In this document: positions 39,114 through 48,969 of the stretch, piece by piece | Layout of the letters: every line of letters begins with the position of its first letter | Position numbering within the stretch: position 1 is the stretch's first letter | Assembly (NCBI GenBank): GCA_049642065.1 | Contig: JBAROK010000047.1 | Location: forward strand, 15,143 to 79,142 | Reading direction: 5' to 3' | DNA: 64,000 nt | DNA from: Candidatus Omnitrophota bacterium | GTDB taxonomy: Bacteria; Omnitrophota; Gorgyraeia; Tantalellales; Tantalellaceae | Notes under the pieces: generated by a model | What the model was told of the DNA's origin: nothing | The model's input: the letters and a program-made list of their open reading frames with translations, nothing else | Databases searched by the model: none | Program-made: the position numbers and the translations under genes

Positions 39114-39498
39114 TCTTTCAAAAGCCGAGAAGGTCGCGAAAATCGTGCTTAAGGCGCATAAGAAGAATAGCGTCGAGCTCAACATAATATTCGTGAGTAA
39201 CCAGAAGATACGCGCGCTGAACCGCATGTGGTTTGGGAAGGACGTATCGACGGATGTGATAGCGTGGCCTGCGGGAGATAAAGGGTCTTTTCTTGGTGAT
39301 ATCGCGATATCATCCGATATGGCGGCAAAGAACACTAAGGTGTACGATCTTTCGTTCAAGGAAGAACTCGCGCTTTATGTGATACATGGTACGTTGCACC
39401 TGTTGGGGTATAACGATACAACTGTCCAGGGACGCACGAAAATGCGGAGGAAAGAGGATGGACTCTTGCAAGAATCCAAAAAGCTCTTACGGCGGTAA
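39064..39498 (+). CDS. ybeY: Endoribonuclease YbeY (rRNA maturation)
   Basis: HGTLHLLGYND zinc-binding motif; start at ATG 39064 uncertain (overlaps upstream gene by ~50 nt). Confidence 0.75.
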   Translation: MTIRINSENRNKKRKIDLSKAEKVAKIVLKAHKKNSVELNIIFVSNQKIRALNRMWFGKDVSTDVIAWPAGDKGSFLGDIAISSDMAAKNTKVYDLSFKEELALYVIHGTLHLLGYNDTTVQGRTKMRRKEDGLLQESKKLLRR

Positions 39499-40180
39499 GT
39501 TCTTGCACAGCGTGAACGCTGCGTTGGAAGGTGTGGTACACACCCTTCAGTGTGAACGTAACATGAGGATCCATTTTATCATAGGGTTCCTTGTGCTGAT
39601 AGTGGGGGTATATCTTAACCTGACTCCGGTACAGTTCTTACTGCTTTGTTTTGCTGTGGCTTTTGTGTTGGTCGCGGAGATGTTCAATACCGCGATAGAG
39701 CATCTTACTGATCACGTAAGTGAAGAGTTTCATCCAACGGTGAAAATCGTAAAAGATGTATCCGCGGGAGCGGTTTTCGTAAGCGCTGTTAATGCTGCGA
39801 TCACAGGATATATACTTTTTGGAAAAAGTATTGGTTGGGGACTGGAAGGTTTTTTCAGGATAAAGCAGTCCCCTTGGCATATAACGCTGATAACGCTTCT
39901 TGTGGTGGTAGGCCTTGTGATCCTGGTTAAGGTAATGCGCAGGGAAAATTTTCTTCTTAAAGGTGGGATGCCAAGCGGTCATTCAGCGGTCGCTTTTGCT
40001 ACATGGATTATAATATCGCTACTGACGATGAACGCTTTAGTAAGCATCCTGGTGTTTCTTCTGGCGCTTCTTATAGCTAAAAGCCGTATGGTTAACGGAG
40101 TGCATTCCCTGTGGGAAGTTATCACGGGCAGCGTGTTAGGCACGTTAATAGCGTTATTAATCTTTCAACTGCTTTCGTAA
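39458..40180 (+). CDS. dgkA: Diacylglycerol/undecaprenol kinase (DgkA) fused to C-terminal PAP2 phosphatase domain
   Basis: N-half: NAALEGV...AEMFNTAIEHLTD DgkA motifs; C-half: KGGMPSGHSA ... NGVHSLWEVITG PAP2 motifs; ATG 39458 behind GGAGGAAAGAGG. Confidence 0.65.
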   Translation: MDSCKNPKSSYGGKFLHSVNAALEGVVHTLQCERNMRIHFIIGFLVLIVGVYLNLTPVQFLLLCFAVAFVLVAEMFNTAIEHLTDHVSEEFHPTVKIVKDVSAGAVFVSAVNAAITGYILFGKSIGWGLEGFFRIKQSPWHITLITLLVVVGLVILVKVMRRENFLLKGGMPSGHSAVAFATWIIISLLTMNALVSILVFLLALLIAKSRMVNGVHSLWEVITGSVLGTLIALLIFQLLS

Positions 40181-40200
40181 AATAAAAGAAGGTTACGTTT

Positions 40201-40863
40201 ATGAACACAAAGTTATGGAACAGGTTTTTAGTTAATTTTTTTAATGGTATAGTTATACTTTTGCCGATAACTGTAACTGTATTGATTATACGGTTCGTAG
40301 TGATAAAAGTTAATAATGCCATATTAAGCCCGCTGGCTAAGCTGCTTGCGCCTATGGCTTTGGAACAGAGGCACGAGATTATTATAGCCAAGTCATTGAT
40401 ATTTATCGGTGTTCTTTGTATGGTAGCTATAATCGGATGGGGTGCTAAGATATTGGTTGTAAACCGCGTGTTCGGTCTGGGTGAGAAGGTTCTGATGAAG
40501 GTCCCGGTTATGGGTAAGATTTATGCCACGAGCAAACAGATATTCAATTCGCTTCTCGGGCAGGGCAAGACCATTTTCAAACAGGTCGTAATGGTTGAGT
40601 ATCCGAGGAAGGGACTTTTTACTATCGGGTTCACTACGGGTATCACCAGAGGCGAGCTCAAGGATTCGTTAGGGCAGAGCGGCGTGAATGTGTTCGTGCC
40701 GACAACACCTAACCCGACCAGCGGGTTCTTCCTTGTTGTCCCGAAGGATAGTATACGTTTTCTTAAGATGAGTGTTGAAGAAGGGATGAAACTTGTGGTC
40801 TCCGGAGGTTCTGTTTCACCGACAGCGCTGGACGTACCCGGAGAAGATGACGAGACTTTTTAG
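40201..40863 (+). CDS. DUF502-family membrane protein
   Basis: N-terminal TM helices and PTTPNPTSGF motif typical of DUF502. Confidence 0.6.
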   Translation: MNTKLWNRFLVNFFNGIVILLPITVTVLIIRFVVIKVNNAILSPLAKLLAPMALEQRHEIIIAKSLIFIGVLCMVAIIGWGAKILVVNRVFGLGEKVLMKVPVMGKIYATSKQIFNSLLGQGKTIFKQVVMVEYPRKGLFTIGFTTGITRGELKDSLGQSGVNVFVPTTPNPTSGFFLVVPKDSIRFLKMSVEEGMKLVVSGGSVSPTALDVPGEDDETF

Positions 40864-40865
40864 AG

Positions 40866-41627
40866 ATGCCTGCGCAACGTGCTGAAGGGATTATATTACG
40901 CAAATACCTGTTAAGGGAGACCAGTTATATACTGGTCGTATTTACTAAAGAGTTTGGTAAGATAAAAGGCGTTATAAAAGGAGTAAGAAGTCCTTACCCG
41001 CAGTTTGCGGGAAATTTCGAGATATTCACCAGATGTGAGCTGCTCTTTTATAGAAAACAGAAGAGACCGATGGATCTCATAACGCAATGTGAGGCCATTG
41101 ATTTCTATCTTCCGGTAAGAAAAGACATAGAAAGGTTGACATACGCCAATTATTTTATAGAATTAATAAGCGTAGTCACTAATGATTATGATCCGAACGA
41201 GGAACTCTACCGTATCCTGGTCCAAAGCCTCGAGATGCTTGGTACTGGTTCCAGTGCCAAGCGCGTCAGCAGGATAGTCGAGATCAAATTACTGGGAGTA
41301 TTAGGCTTAAGTCCGCAGCTAGCCGAATGTGTTGAGTGCGGGTCGCCTCTTGAAAGGGGAATAGGTTTTAGCCCGTCCTCGGGTGGTGCCTTGTGCAGCG
41401 GGTGCGCCTCAAGGGATAAAGGGGCCTTAGAACTGTCTCTGGGAACGCTTAAGTTCCTGCGTAAGATACAGCAGAGTGATTTTGATAAGACCTCTCATAT
41501 AAAAGTCAGCAGGGAAGTTGGCAGGGAGACGGAGAAGATACTAAAAAGGTTCATGGCGTATCACCTGGGTAGGCCGATGAAGTCACTGAAGTTCCTGGAA
41601 AAAATGGAGAAAGCGGGAATAGTTTAG
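40866..41627 (+). CDS. recO: DNA repair protein RecO
   Basis: N-terminal OB fold (EGIILRKYLLRETSYILVVFTKEFGKIKGV) and C4 Zn motif CVECGSP...CSGC. Confidence 0.75.
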   Translation: MPAQRAEGIILRKYLLRETSYILVVFTKEFGKIKGVIKGVRSPYPQFAGNFEIFTRCELLFYRKQKRPMDLITQCEAIDFYLPVRKDIERLTYANYFIELISVVTNDYDPNEELYRILVQSLEMLGTGSSAKRVSRIVEIKLLGVLGLSPQLAECVECGSPLERGIGFSPSSGGALCSGCASRDKGALELSLGTLKFLRKIQQSDFDKTSHIKVSREVGRETEKILKRFMAYHLGRPMKSLKFLEKMEKAGIV

Positions 41628-41628
41628 A

Positions 41629-42966
41629 ATGGGTAAAGACAAGAAAAAAGAAAAGACAGATGATGCCATGATCAATGTGGCACTTAAAGATATAGCTAAC
41701 CTCTGTAAGAGGCGCGGGTATATCTTTCAGGATAGCGAGATCTATGGTGGGATAGGTAGCGTTTGGGATTACGGTCCGCTTGGTGTGGAGCTTAAGAAGA
41801 ACGTTAAGGACCAGTGGTGGAAAGCCATGGTCTATGACCGTAGCGATATCGAGGGGCTTGATGCGGCGATCTTGATGAACCCTGAGGTATGGAAAGCTTC
41901 CGGCCATGTGGGGTCTTTTGCGGACATGATGTCTGACTGTAGGGAATGCAAGAAACGTTTCCGAATAGACAAGATCAAAGGAGATAAGTGCCCTGAGTGT
42001 GGCGGTGAGCTTACCGAGCCTAAGAGCTTTAACCTGATGTTCAAGACGCAGGTGGGTTCTGTAGAAGGTAACGCGCAGGATGTATATATGCGGCCCGAAA
42101 CCGCGCAGGGGATTTTTGTTAATTTTGAGAACATACTTAATTCCAGCAGGAAGAAGCTTCCCTTTGGCGTGGCGCAGATAGGTAAAGCGTTTCGTAATGA
42201 GATAACTACGGGTAACTTTACTTTCAGGAGCCGTGAGTTCGAACAGATGGAGCTTGAGTTTTTCGTTAAGCCCGGTGAAGACGAGAAATGGTACGATTTC
42301 TGGGTGAACGCGCGTAAGGGATGGTACACCTCTCTGGGGATACAGGAAGGGAACCTACGATTGCGTGAACACGAGAAAGACGAACTTGCGCATTATGCGA
42401 AAAGGTGTCATGACATTGAGTACCTTTTCCCGATGGGCTGGTCCGAACTGGAAGGTATAGCTAACAGGACTGATTTTGACCTTAAACAGCATGCCAAACT
42501 TAGCGGCAAGGACCTGACGTATTTTGATACGGCTACGAACGAGCGTTATACACCTTATGTGATAGAGCCTTCCGGCGGTGTGGATAGAGCGGTACTGGCT
42601 TTTATGGTGGATGCGTACAGGACCGAGACCGTAAAAGATAGAAAACGTGTATACCTTGCATTTGACGGGCGTCTTGCGCCGATAAAGGTTGCGGTGCTGC
42701 CGCTGCTTAAGAACAAACCTGAGATAGTGGAGATGGCACACAAGATACGCGGTGATATAAAAGGGAATTACCGTGTGGTCTATGACGACACCGCGGCCAT
42801 AGGACGGCTTTACCGCAGGCAGGACGAGATCGGTACACCGTACTGCGTCACCGTTGACGTGGAGTCTCTTGACGACGGGAAAGTTACCGTAAGAGAGAGG
42901 GATACTATGGACCAGGAGAGAATAGAAGCGACGAAGCTTAAAGAGTATTTTGAAGGAAAGTTCTAA
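41629..42966 (+). CDS. glyQS: Glycine--tRNA ligase (dimeric class II, GlyQS type)
   Basis: Eukaryote/archaeal-like alpha2 GlyRS layout with Zn-ribbon insertion (CRECKKRF..CPECGG) and anticodon-binding C-terminus. Confidence 0.85.
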   Translation: MGKDKKKEKTDDAMINVALKDIANLCKRRGYIFQDSEIYGGIGSVWDYGPLGVELKKNVKDQWWKAMVYDRSDIEGLDAAILMNPEVWKASGHVGSFADMMSDCRECKKRFRIDKIKGDKCPECGGELTEPKSFNLMFKTQVGSVEGNAQDVYMRPETAQGIFVNFENILNSSRKKLPFGVAQIGKAFRNEITTGNFTFRSREFEQMELEFFVKPGEDEKWYDFWVNARKGWYTSLGIQEGNLRLREHEKDELAHYAKRCHDIEYLFPMGWSELEGIANRTDFDLKQHAKLSGKDLTYFDTATNERYTPYVIEPSGGVDRAVLAFMVDAYRTETVKDRKRVYLAFDGRLAPIKVAVLPLLKNKPEIVEMAHKIRGDIKGNYRVVYDDTAAIGRLYRRQDEIGTPYCVTVDVESLDDGKVTVRERDTMDQERIEATKLKEYFEGKF

Positions 42967-43032
42967 CTTAACTTTACATCTGGCACTGTGTGTTGGATGA
43001 GATTTTAAAAAAGAAGGAGGAGAGAGACAGAG

Positions 43033-45789
43033 ATGGCCAAGAAAAAAGCGACAGCGAAAAAATCAAAGAAATACGTGTATTCGTTCGGTGGGGGTAAAGC
43101 CGACGGCAAGTCAGAGATGAAGAATCTCTTGGGTGGTAAGGGAGCGAACCTCGCAGAGATGGCGGGGCATCCGAAGCTCAAATTACCTGTGCCTCCCGGA
43201 TTTACCATTACTACTGATGTGTGTACATATTTTTACGACAATAAAAAGAAGTATCCCAAAACTCTCAGTGCGGAAGTAAATGCTGCCATGAAGAAGGTTG
43301 AGAGACTCACGGGTAAAAAGTTCGGTGATGCGAATAATCCGCTTCTTGTTTCGGTACGCTCCGGCGCACGCCAGTCGATGCCGGGTATGATGGAGACCGT
43401 TCTTAACGTTGGTCTTACCAGTAAGACCATAATAGGTCTCATCAAGAAAAGTGGTAGCGAAAGGTTCGTTTACGATGCTTACAGGCGCCTTATAACAATG
43501 TATTCTGACGTTGTTATGGAAAAGGCCGCTGGCATAGAGCCGAAAGAAGGTCAGGGTATCCGCATGCAGCTTGAGAAGATACTTCACAACAAGAAGAAAG
43601 CTGTTGGCGCTAAAGCCGATACCGATCTTACCGCTAAGGATCTTAAGGATATCTGCGATAAGTACAAGAAAAAGATCAAGCAGGTTCTTAAGAAAAATTT
43701 CCCGGACAGTGCTGACGACCAGCTTTGGGGCGGTATAGGCGCTGTGTTCCAGTCCTGGAACGGTAAGAGAGCTATATCTTACCGCCAGATCGAGAACATA
43801 CCTCACGAGTGGGGTACTGCGGTTAACGTCCAGGTAATGGCTTTCGGGAACATGGGCACGGATTCCGCTACAGGTGTTGCGTTCACGCGTAACCCGGGTA
43901 ACGGTGACAATAAGTTCTACGGAGAGTACCTGATAAACGCCCAGGGTGAGGATGTCGTTGCTGGCACTAGAACGCCTGCTCCCATCAACCCGAATTCCCG
44001 GTCGGACAGCAACAAGCACGAAGTTATGCTTCAGAAATGGGATTCTAAGGTGTACAAGCAGCTTGACAGTATCCAGAAGAGGCTTGAGAAGCATTACCAT
44101 GATATGCAGGATCTTGAGTTTACTATTGAGGACCGTAAATTGTATCTACTGCAGACCCGTACCGGTAAACGTAACGGTCCGGCTGCTGTTAAGATGGCAG
44201 TAGACATGGTAAAAGAAGGTCTCATTTCCAAGAAAGAGGCTGTCATGAGAGTAAAACCCAGCCAGCTGGATGAGCTCTTGCACCCGGTTATAAATCCGGC
44301 CGTTGAAAAAAAGACCAAACCGATTGCTAAAGGTCTTCCCGCAGGTCCGGGTGGTGCTCGCGGTCAGATAGTCTTCGATTCCGATACCGCTGTTAAATGG
44401 GCGGAAAAGGGAAAGAAGGTTATACTCGTTCGTGAGGAGACCAACCCTGAAGATGTTGAGGGTATGAGGGCTGCTGAGGCTATTCTCACCGCTCGTGGAG
44501 GTATGACATCCCATGCGGCGCTCGTAGCTCGTGGATGGGGTAAGTGTTGTATCGTTGGTTGCGGTGACCTTGAAGTTGATTATGGCAAGAAAACTGTCAA
44601 GATGGAAGGATACGGGACACTGAAACAGGGCGATGATATCACTCTTAACGGTACTTCGGGTCTTGTTTACAAGGGCCTTCTTCCGATGATAGATGCCGCG
44701 AAAGAGAATAAGGTTATGAACGAGTTCCTCAAGATATGTGACACTGTCCGTAAGATGAAGATAAGGACCAATGCCGAGACTCCGGAAGACGCGAAAAGAG
44801 CACGTGATTTCGGTGCCGAAGGTATAGGTCTTTTCAGGACCGAGCATATGTTCTACGGTGAGGGTTCCGAAAAACCGTTATTCAAACTTCGCAAGATGAT
44901 CCTTTCGGAGTCTGAAAAGGAAAGAAGAGCTGCACTTAAGGAACTTTATCCTTACGTGAAGAAGGATGTCAAGAGAACGCTGGAAGCGATGGCAGGGTAT
45001 CCGGTGACAATAAGGCTGCTGGATCCTCCGCTTCACGAGTTCGTGCCGCATCAGAAATCAGGGCAGAAGAAACTTGCTAAGGCGCTTAAGATAAAGATGC
45101 CCGAACTTGAGAGGCGTATCGCGCTTCTTAAAGAAAGCAATCCGATGATGGGACACAGGGGCGTACGTCTAGGTGTAACCTATCCTGAGATCACAGAGAT
45201 GCAGGTAAAGGCTATCTATGAATCAACCGCAGAGCTTCTTAAAGCCAAAAAGAAAGTTATGCCGGAGATCATGATACCGGTTGTTGGTACGGATAAAGAG
45301 ATCTCTGACCAGCAGGTTGTTATCACGCAGGTCAAGAAGGAAGTCATGAAGAAGCATAAGATCAAGCAACTTCCTGTTCTTGTCGGCACGATGATTGAAA
45401 TACCGCGCGCTGCTCTTACCGCCGATAAGATTGCCGGTGTGGCGGAGTTCTTCTCGTTCGGCACGAACGATCTGACTCAGATGAGTTTTGGTTTTAGCCG
45501 TGACGATATGGGCGGTTTTCTTGTGCCATATATCGACAAGTCGATACTGCCGCAGGATCCGTTCCAGTCGCTTGACCAGGAAGGTGTGGGGCAGCTTATC
45601 AAGATAGGTATCGATCGAGGCAGAAAAGCCAGACCGAAACTCAAGGTCGGTATCTGTGGCGAACACGGCGGCGATCCCGCGTCCATAGAGTTCTGCTACA
45701 AGGTAGGAATGGACTATGTGAGCTGTTCACCGTTTCGTGTACCGATAGCGCGTCTTGCGACCGCACAGGCAGCAGTAAAAGATTGTTAA
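43033..45789 (+). CDS. ppdK: Pyruvate, phosphate dikinase
   Basis: ATP-grasp N-domain, phospho-His domain (GGMTSHAALVARGWGKCCIVGC), PEP-utilising C-domain; 918 aa. Confidence 0.9.
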   Translation: MAKKKATAKKSKKYVYSFGGGKADGKSEMKNLLGGKGANLAEMAGHPKLKLPVPPGFTITTDVCTYFYDNKKKYPKTLSAEVNAAMKKVERLTGKKFGDANNPLLVSVRSGARQSMPGMMETVLNVGLTSKTIIGLIKKSGSERFVYDAYRRLITMYSDVVMEKAAGIEPKEGQGIRMQLEKILHNKKKAVGAKADTDLTAKDLKDICDKYKKKIKQVLKKNFPDSADDQLWGGIGAVFQSWNGKRAISYRQIENIPHEWGTAVNVQVMAFGNMGTDSATGVAFTRNPGNGDNKFYGEYLINAQGEDVVAGTRTPAPINPNSRSDSNKHEVMLQKWDSKVYKQLDSIQKRLEKHYHDMQDLEFTIEDRKLYLLQTRTGKRNGPAAVKMAVDMVKEGLISKKEAVMRVKPSQLDELLHPVINPAVEKKTKPIAKGLPAGPGGARGQIVFDSDTAVKWAEKGKKVILVREETNPEDVEGMRAAEAILTARGGMTSHAALVARGWGKCCIVGCGDLEVDYGKKTVKMEGYGTLKQGDDITLNGTSGLVYKGLLPMIDAAKENKVMNEFLKICDTVRKMKIRTNAETPEDAKRARDFGAEGIGLFRTEHMFYGEGSEKPLFKLRKMILSESEKERRAALKELYPYVKKDVKRTLEAMAGYPVTIRLLDPPLHEFVPHQKSGQKKLAKALKIKMPELERRIALLKESNPMMGHRGVRLGVTYPEITEMQVKAIYESTAELLKAKKKVMPEIMIPVVGTDKEISDQQVVITQVKKEVMKKHKIKQLPVLVGTMIEIPRAALTADKIAGVAEFFSFGTNDLTQMSFGFSRDDMGGFLVPYIDKSILPQDPFQSLDQEGVGQLIKIGIDRGRKARPKLKVGICGEHGGDPASIEFCYKVGMDYVSCSPFRVPIARLATAQAAVKDC

Positions 45790-45803
45790 TGAAGATCGTA
45801 ATA

Positions 45804-45843
45804 TGTTATCCTGAGGTCCGAAAAAGAGGGCCTCAGGATAACA
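45804..45843 (+). terminator. 13-bp perfect hairpin (TGTTATCCTGAGG / CCTCAGGATAACA) after ppdK
   Basis: Read directly; no clear T-tract, so intrinsic-terminator assignment is tentative. Confidence 0.5.
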
Positions 45844-45871
45844 GTAACCGGTTTAACCAAAGAGCCTATAT

Positions 45872-46744
45872 ATGGATGCAATTAAACTCTATCTCAAAGA
45901 TATACGTGACCTGCCGCTTCTAACTCCTGTGGAAGAGAAAGAGCTTGCGCAGAAAGTTAAGAAAGGCAACAAAAAGGCGCGCCAGAAGATGATAAAGAGC
46001 AACTTGCGTCTTGTCATCAATATCGCCAAAAAGTACAGTTACCTGGGCGTTCCTATGCTGGATCTTATTGAAGAAGGTAACCTGGGTCTTATGAAGGCGG
46101 TTACCAAATACGATCCGGATAAAGGGTACCGTTTTAGCACGTATGCCGCATGGTGGATAAAACAATATATCACTAGAGCCGTTGCTAATCAGGGTAAGAC
46201 GGTTCGTATCCCGGTATACGTCATGGAGATGCTTATGCGTTTCCAGAAGATTAAGAAACATCTTTCCCAGAAACTGCACAAGACGCCGCAGATGAACGAT
46301 ATCGCCAAGAAGATGAAGCTTCCCGTGACGCGTGTCAGGCAACTTAACCACATGGCTTCTAATATCGCCAGCCTTAATGCTCCGATAGGTGAGTCAGGCG
46401 ACTCGGAGTTCATGGATCTCATTGAAGACGAGAGTATCGTTAGTTCCGTGGACGAATTATCAAAGTTCCTGCTTCACGAGAGGATAGAAGGGTTGCTTGA
46501 TAAGATGACCGAACGTGAGGAGAAGATACTGCGCCTTAGGTTTGGGCTTGTCGACGATGGTGCATCGCATACTTTGCGTGATACAGCGAAACACTTTGGT
46601 ATCACCAGAGAAAGGGTACGCCAGATAGAAGCTGCGTGTATGCTTAAACTCCGTAAGATGATGGAAGAGCAGGAGCAGGAAGCGGAAGCCCGCATGAACG
46701 GGAAGAAAAAGAAGAAGCAAAAAACCGTTAAGACCAGACGCTGA
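45872..46744 (+). CDS. RNA polymerase sigma-70 family factor (RpoD/RpoS-like, compact)
   Basis: Region 2 (YRFSTYAAWWIKQYITRAV), region 3, region 4 HTH (TLRDTAKHFGITRERVRQIE); Lys-rich C-tail. Confidence 0.85.
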   Translation: MDAIKLYLKDIRDLPLLTPVEEKELAQKVKKGNKKARQKMIKSNLRLVINIAKKYSYLGVPMLDLIEEGNLGLMKAVTKYDPDKGYRFSTYAAWWIKQYITRAVANQGKTVRIPVYVMEMLMRFQKIKKHLSQKLHKTPQMNDIAKKMKLPVTRVRQLNHMASNIASLNAPIGESGDSEFMDLIEDESIVSSVDELSKFLLHERIEGLLDKMTEREEKILRLRFGLVDDGASHTLRDTAKHFGITRERVRQIEAACMLKLRKMMEEQEQEAEARMNGKKKKKQKTVKTRR

Positions 46745-46784
46745 TGCGTCGTGCACTTTATACTATTACTAACATTCGGTCTCT

Positions 46785-46861
<77 letters not shown>

Positions 46862-46898
46862 TAATTCTCTATCCGAAACTTGGAAGGGTCCATGAATC

Positions 46899-46929
46899 CC
46901 GGTGACATTGCCAGAAGCAGTGTCACCGG
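46899..46929. other. 9-bp perfect hairpin (CCGGTGACA / TGTCACCGG) between tRNA-Arg and the convergent hdcA 3' end
   Basis: Read directly; candidate bidirectional terminator but lacks T-tract. Confidence 0.4.
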
Positions 46930-46954
46930 ACTTATTGAAGAAGGCTGATTATAG

Positions 46955-47806
46955 TTACTTCGCGAATCCCTTAGCTTTTTCCCATTCAGAGATCGTCATT
47001 GAAAGCATCTTAGATGCAGGGCCACCATCGGGTATAGCGTTTTTCGCAAACACTACGTAAGGCGCGCAGGTAAGAGCGCAGCCTACATGCCCTTCAGGGA
47101 TCCATTCGGTTTTATAGCCCAGGAAGATCTCTTTATATTTCACATTAGAATCGTCGCCGCAGCGCACGATGCTGGTAGCTATATTTTCCATAAGCTGGTC
47201 TAAATATGCTACCCTGGCTTCATCGCTGTCAGTGGGTATAGAGTCACCTGCGTCTTCGATAAAGAGGTTTGAGTCTTTTTCGGGGTTTTCGGCTATTGCA
47301 AGAGCTATTGCGCACCAGATGGCAGTAGGTCCTGAGACAGTTTTGTCTTTAACAGCGCAGTTCACGTGAGCGCCGGGAAGGATAGGAAACCTTCTTTCAT
47401 CGGCCGTGCCAAATAAACGTTTACCGGCATCTAATAGAGGTTCAACCGAATAGACTGGGATATCAACTCCGTCACTGCGTTTCCTGGTAAAGAGTGGTTT
47501 GATCGAACCATCTGCTATGGACTCGTTCTTCGCAAGATGGTATCCCCATACAGCGCCGTTAAGCCCGTTGAAGGAAGAAGCTGCTACCATATTTATCTGT
47601 CCCACGTAAGTGCCTAAAGACTCGGCACGGTCATAAGATACAATACCCTCAAGTACAGTATCCATATCCTTTTTTACTTTACCTGTCTGAAGTTTAAGTA
47701 CAGAGATATAACCCAGTCCGCTTGAACCTACATTACCGTACCCATCACAATAATCATCAAAGGGTCCAACAGCTCCATTTACTCTTTCTTCCAGTGATAA
47801 AACCAT
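46955..47806 (-). CDS. hdcA: Pyruvoyl-dependent histidine decarboxylase proenzyme (HdcA family)
   Basis: LEGIVSYDRAE and YVGQINMVAASSFNG align with Lactobacillus 30a HdcA (LDGIVSYDRAE / YIGQINMTTASSFTG, recalled from memory), including the Ser-Ser self-cleavage site (Ser77-Ser78 here); AAGGAGG RBS 6 nt upstream. Confidence 0.8.
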   Translation of the reverse strand: MVLSLEERVNGAVGPFDDYCDGYGNVGSSGLGYISVLKLQTGKVKKDMDTVLEGIVSYDRAESLGTYVGQINMVAASSFNGLNGAVWGYHLAKNESIADGSIKPLFTRKRSDGVDIPVYSVEPLLDAGKRLFGTADERRFPILPGAHVNCAVKDKTVSGPTAIWCAIALAIAENPEKDSNLFIEDAGDSIPTDSDEARVAYLDQLMENIATSIVRCGDDSNVKYKEIFLGYKTEWIPEGHVGCALTCAPYVVFAKNAIPDGGPASKMLSMTISEWEKAKGFAK

Positions 47807-47939
47807 TTAAAACCTCCTTAATTGGATTTGCGCAATAATCTAATATCTTATTTTAACATACTCTATAGTTTAGGCAAGTTTGAGGGAACTTTTTAAGGGC
47901 AAAATTTGTCTAATATAGTAGGGAGGAAGGAGGTGTGCC

Positions 47940-48350
47940 ATGAAAAAGATATTTGTAATAACACTGATACTAGCTTGTATTGTGTCTGTTACTGTGCCGT
48001 GTTATGGGCAGAAGTCCGCGGCAGACATACTGAGAGCCGGGCTTTTAGGTGCGGGTGCTGGAGCAATAGGGAGTTCCGTTTCTGGCGCTGATGGGGACGA
48101 TATTTGGAAAGGCGCGCTTACCGGAGCAGGTGTTACGATCATAGGCGGGGCGCTTCTTGATGCGATCAGTAACAACAATCAAAGCTATCAAAACCAGTCT
48201 TGGCAGGCTCCTCAAAGCAGGGTGTATTATACCAGCGGGTACAACCAGCAGCCGGTGTATCAGCAGTCCCAGAAAAGTCAATATGAGCTTGGATACGCAG
48301 AAGGGTACAAGGCAGGCTACAAAGCGGGATATATGGACGGTCTTAAATAA
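47940..48350 (+). CDS. Secreted glycine-zipper protein with Gln/Tyr-rich C-terminus
   Basis: Signal peptide, GAGAGAIGSSVSGA glycine-zipper stretch, (Q/Y/N)-rich tail with AGYKAGYKAGY repeat. Confidence 0.45.
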   Translation: MKKIFVITLILACIVSVTVPCYGQKSAADILRAGLLGAGAGAIGSSVSGADGDDIWKGALTGAGVTIIGGALLDAISNNNQSYQNQSWQAPQSRVYYTSGYNQQPVYQQSQKSQYELGYAEGYKAGYKAGYMDGLK

Positions 48351-48457
48351 AACTGGATCTCTCCTACAGATAAGCTTACCCCTACATTTCCATTTTCACT
48401 TCTCTTTATGGTAAAATAAAAGACAGTATTATATATTCAAAAAGGAAGGAGCCTGAA

Positions 48458-48952
48458 ATGAAGTGCCCCGTGTGTAGTATGGAAATGGTTGAAAAGGATC
48501 TTGGTGGAGTTAAAATAGACGTATGTGCCGAGGGCTGTAAAGGGATGTGGTTCGACTGGATGGAGCTGGCTAGGCTCGATGAGAATAACGAAGGTTTCGG
48601 TGAGACACTTAGAGAAGCGCTAAATTATTCCAGAGTTAATGACGAGGCGAGGCAAGCGATTAACTGTCCTAAATGTGGTGTCCCCATGCATATGCATAAG
48701 TACCAGTCAAGTAAAGAGGTCAATGTGGATGAATGTTATGCTTGTGGCGGGTTCTTTCTGGATTCAGGTGAGCTGAAAGCCATGCGGGAGAGTTTTATGA
48801 GCGAAGAGGAAAGAGAAGCATATACCGACAAGATGATAGGAGATATACCCGAGTACAAAGAGACTCAGGAAGAACTTGAGAGACAACAGAGCCGTAACGC
48901 GGCTATAGATAGGTTTACAAGATACTTGAGAATAAGTTATTACGTGGGATAA
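48458..48952 (+). CDS. Tandem zinc-ribbon protein (zf-TFIIB-like CPxC...C..C-G-W/F-F-D-x-GEL, two copies)
   Basis: CPVCSMEM...CAEGCKGMWFDWMEL and CPKCGVPM...CYACGGFFLDSGEL. Confidence 0.5.
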   Translation: MKCPVCSMEMVEKDLGGVKIDVCAEGCKGMWFDWMELARLDENNEGFGETLREALNYSRVNDEARQAINCPKCGVPMHMHKYQSSKEVNVDECYACGGFFLDSGELKAMRESFMSEEEREAYTDKMIGDIPEYKETQEELERQQSRNAAIDRFTRYLRISYYVG

Positions 48953-48969
48953 AGGGAAAGGAGGCTCTC

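Noticed and set aside
43183-44100. 305-aa minus-strand ORF
   Set aside because: It lies entirely antisense inside ppdK, whose plus-strand product has unmistakable PPDK motifs. It has no RBS, and its translation is low-complexity. I consider it a shadow ORF.
46955-47806. Alternative call as pyruvoyl-dependent arginine decarboxylase (PdaD)
   Set aside because: PdaD proteins are about half this length and lack the IVSYDRAE ... NM..ASSF context. The sequence follows the HdcA family.
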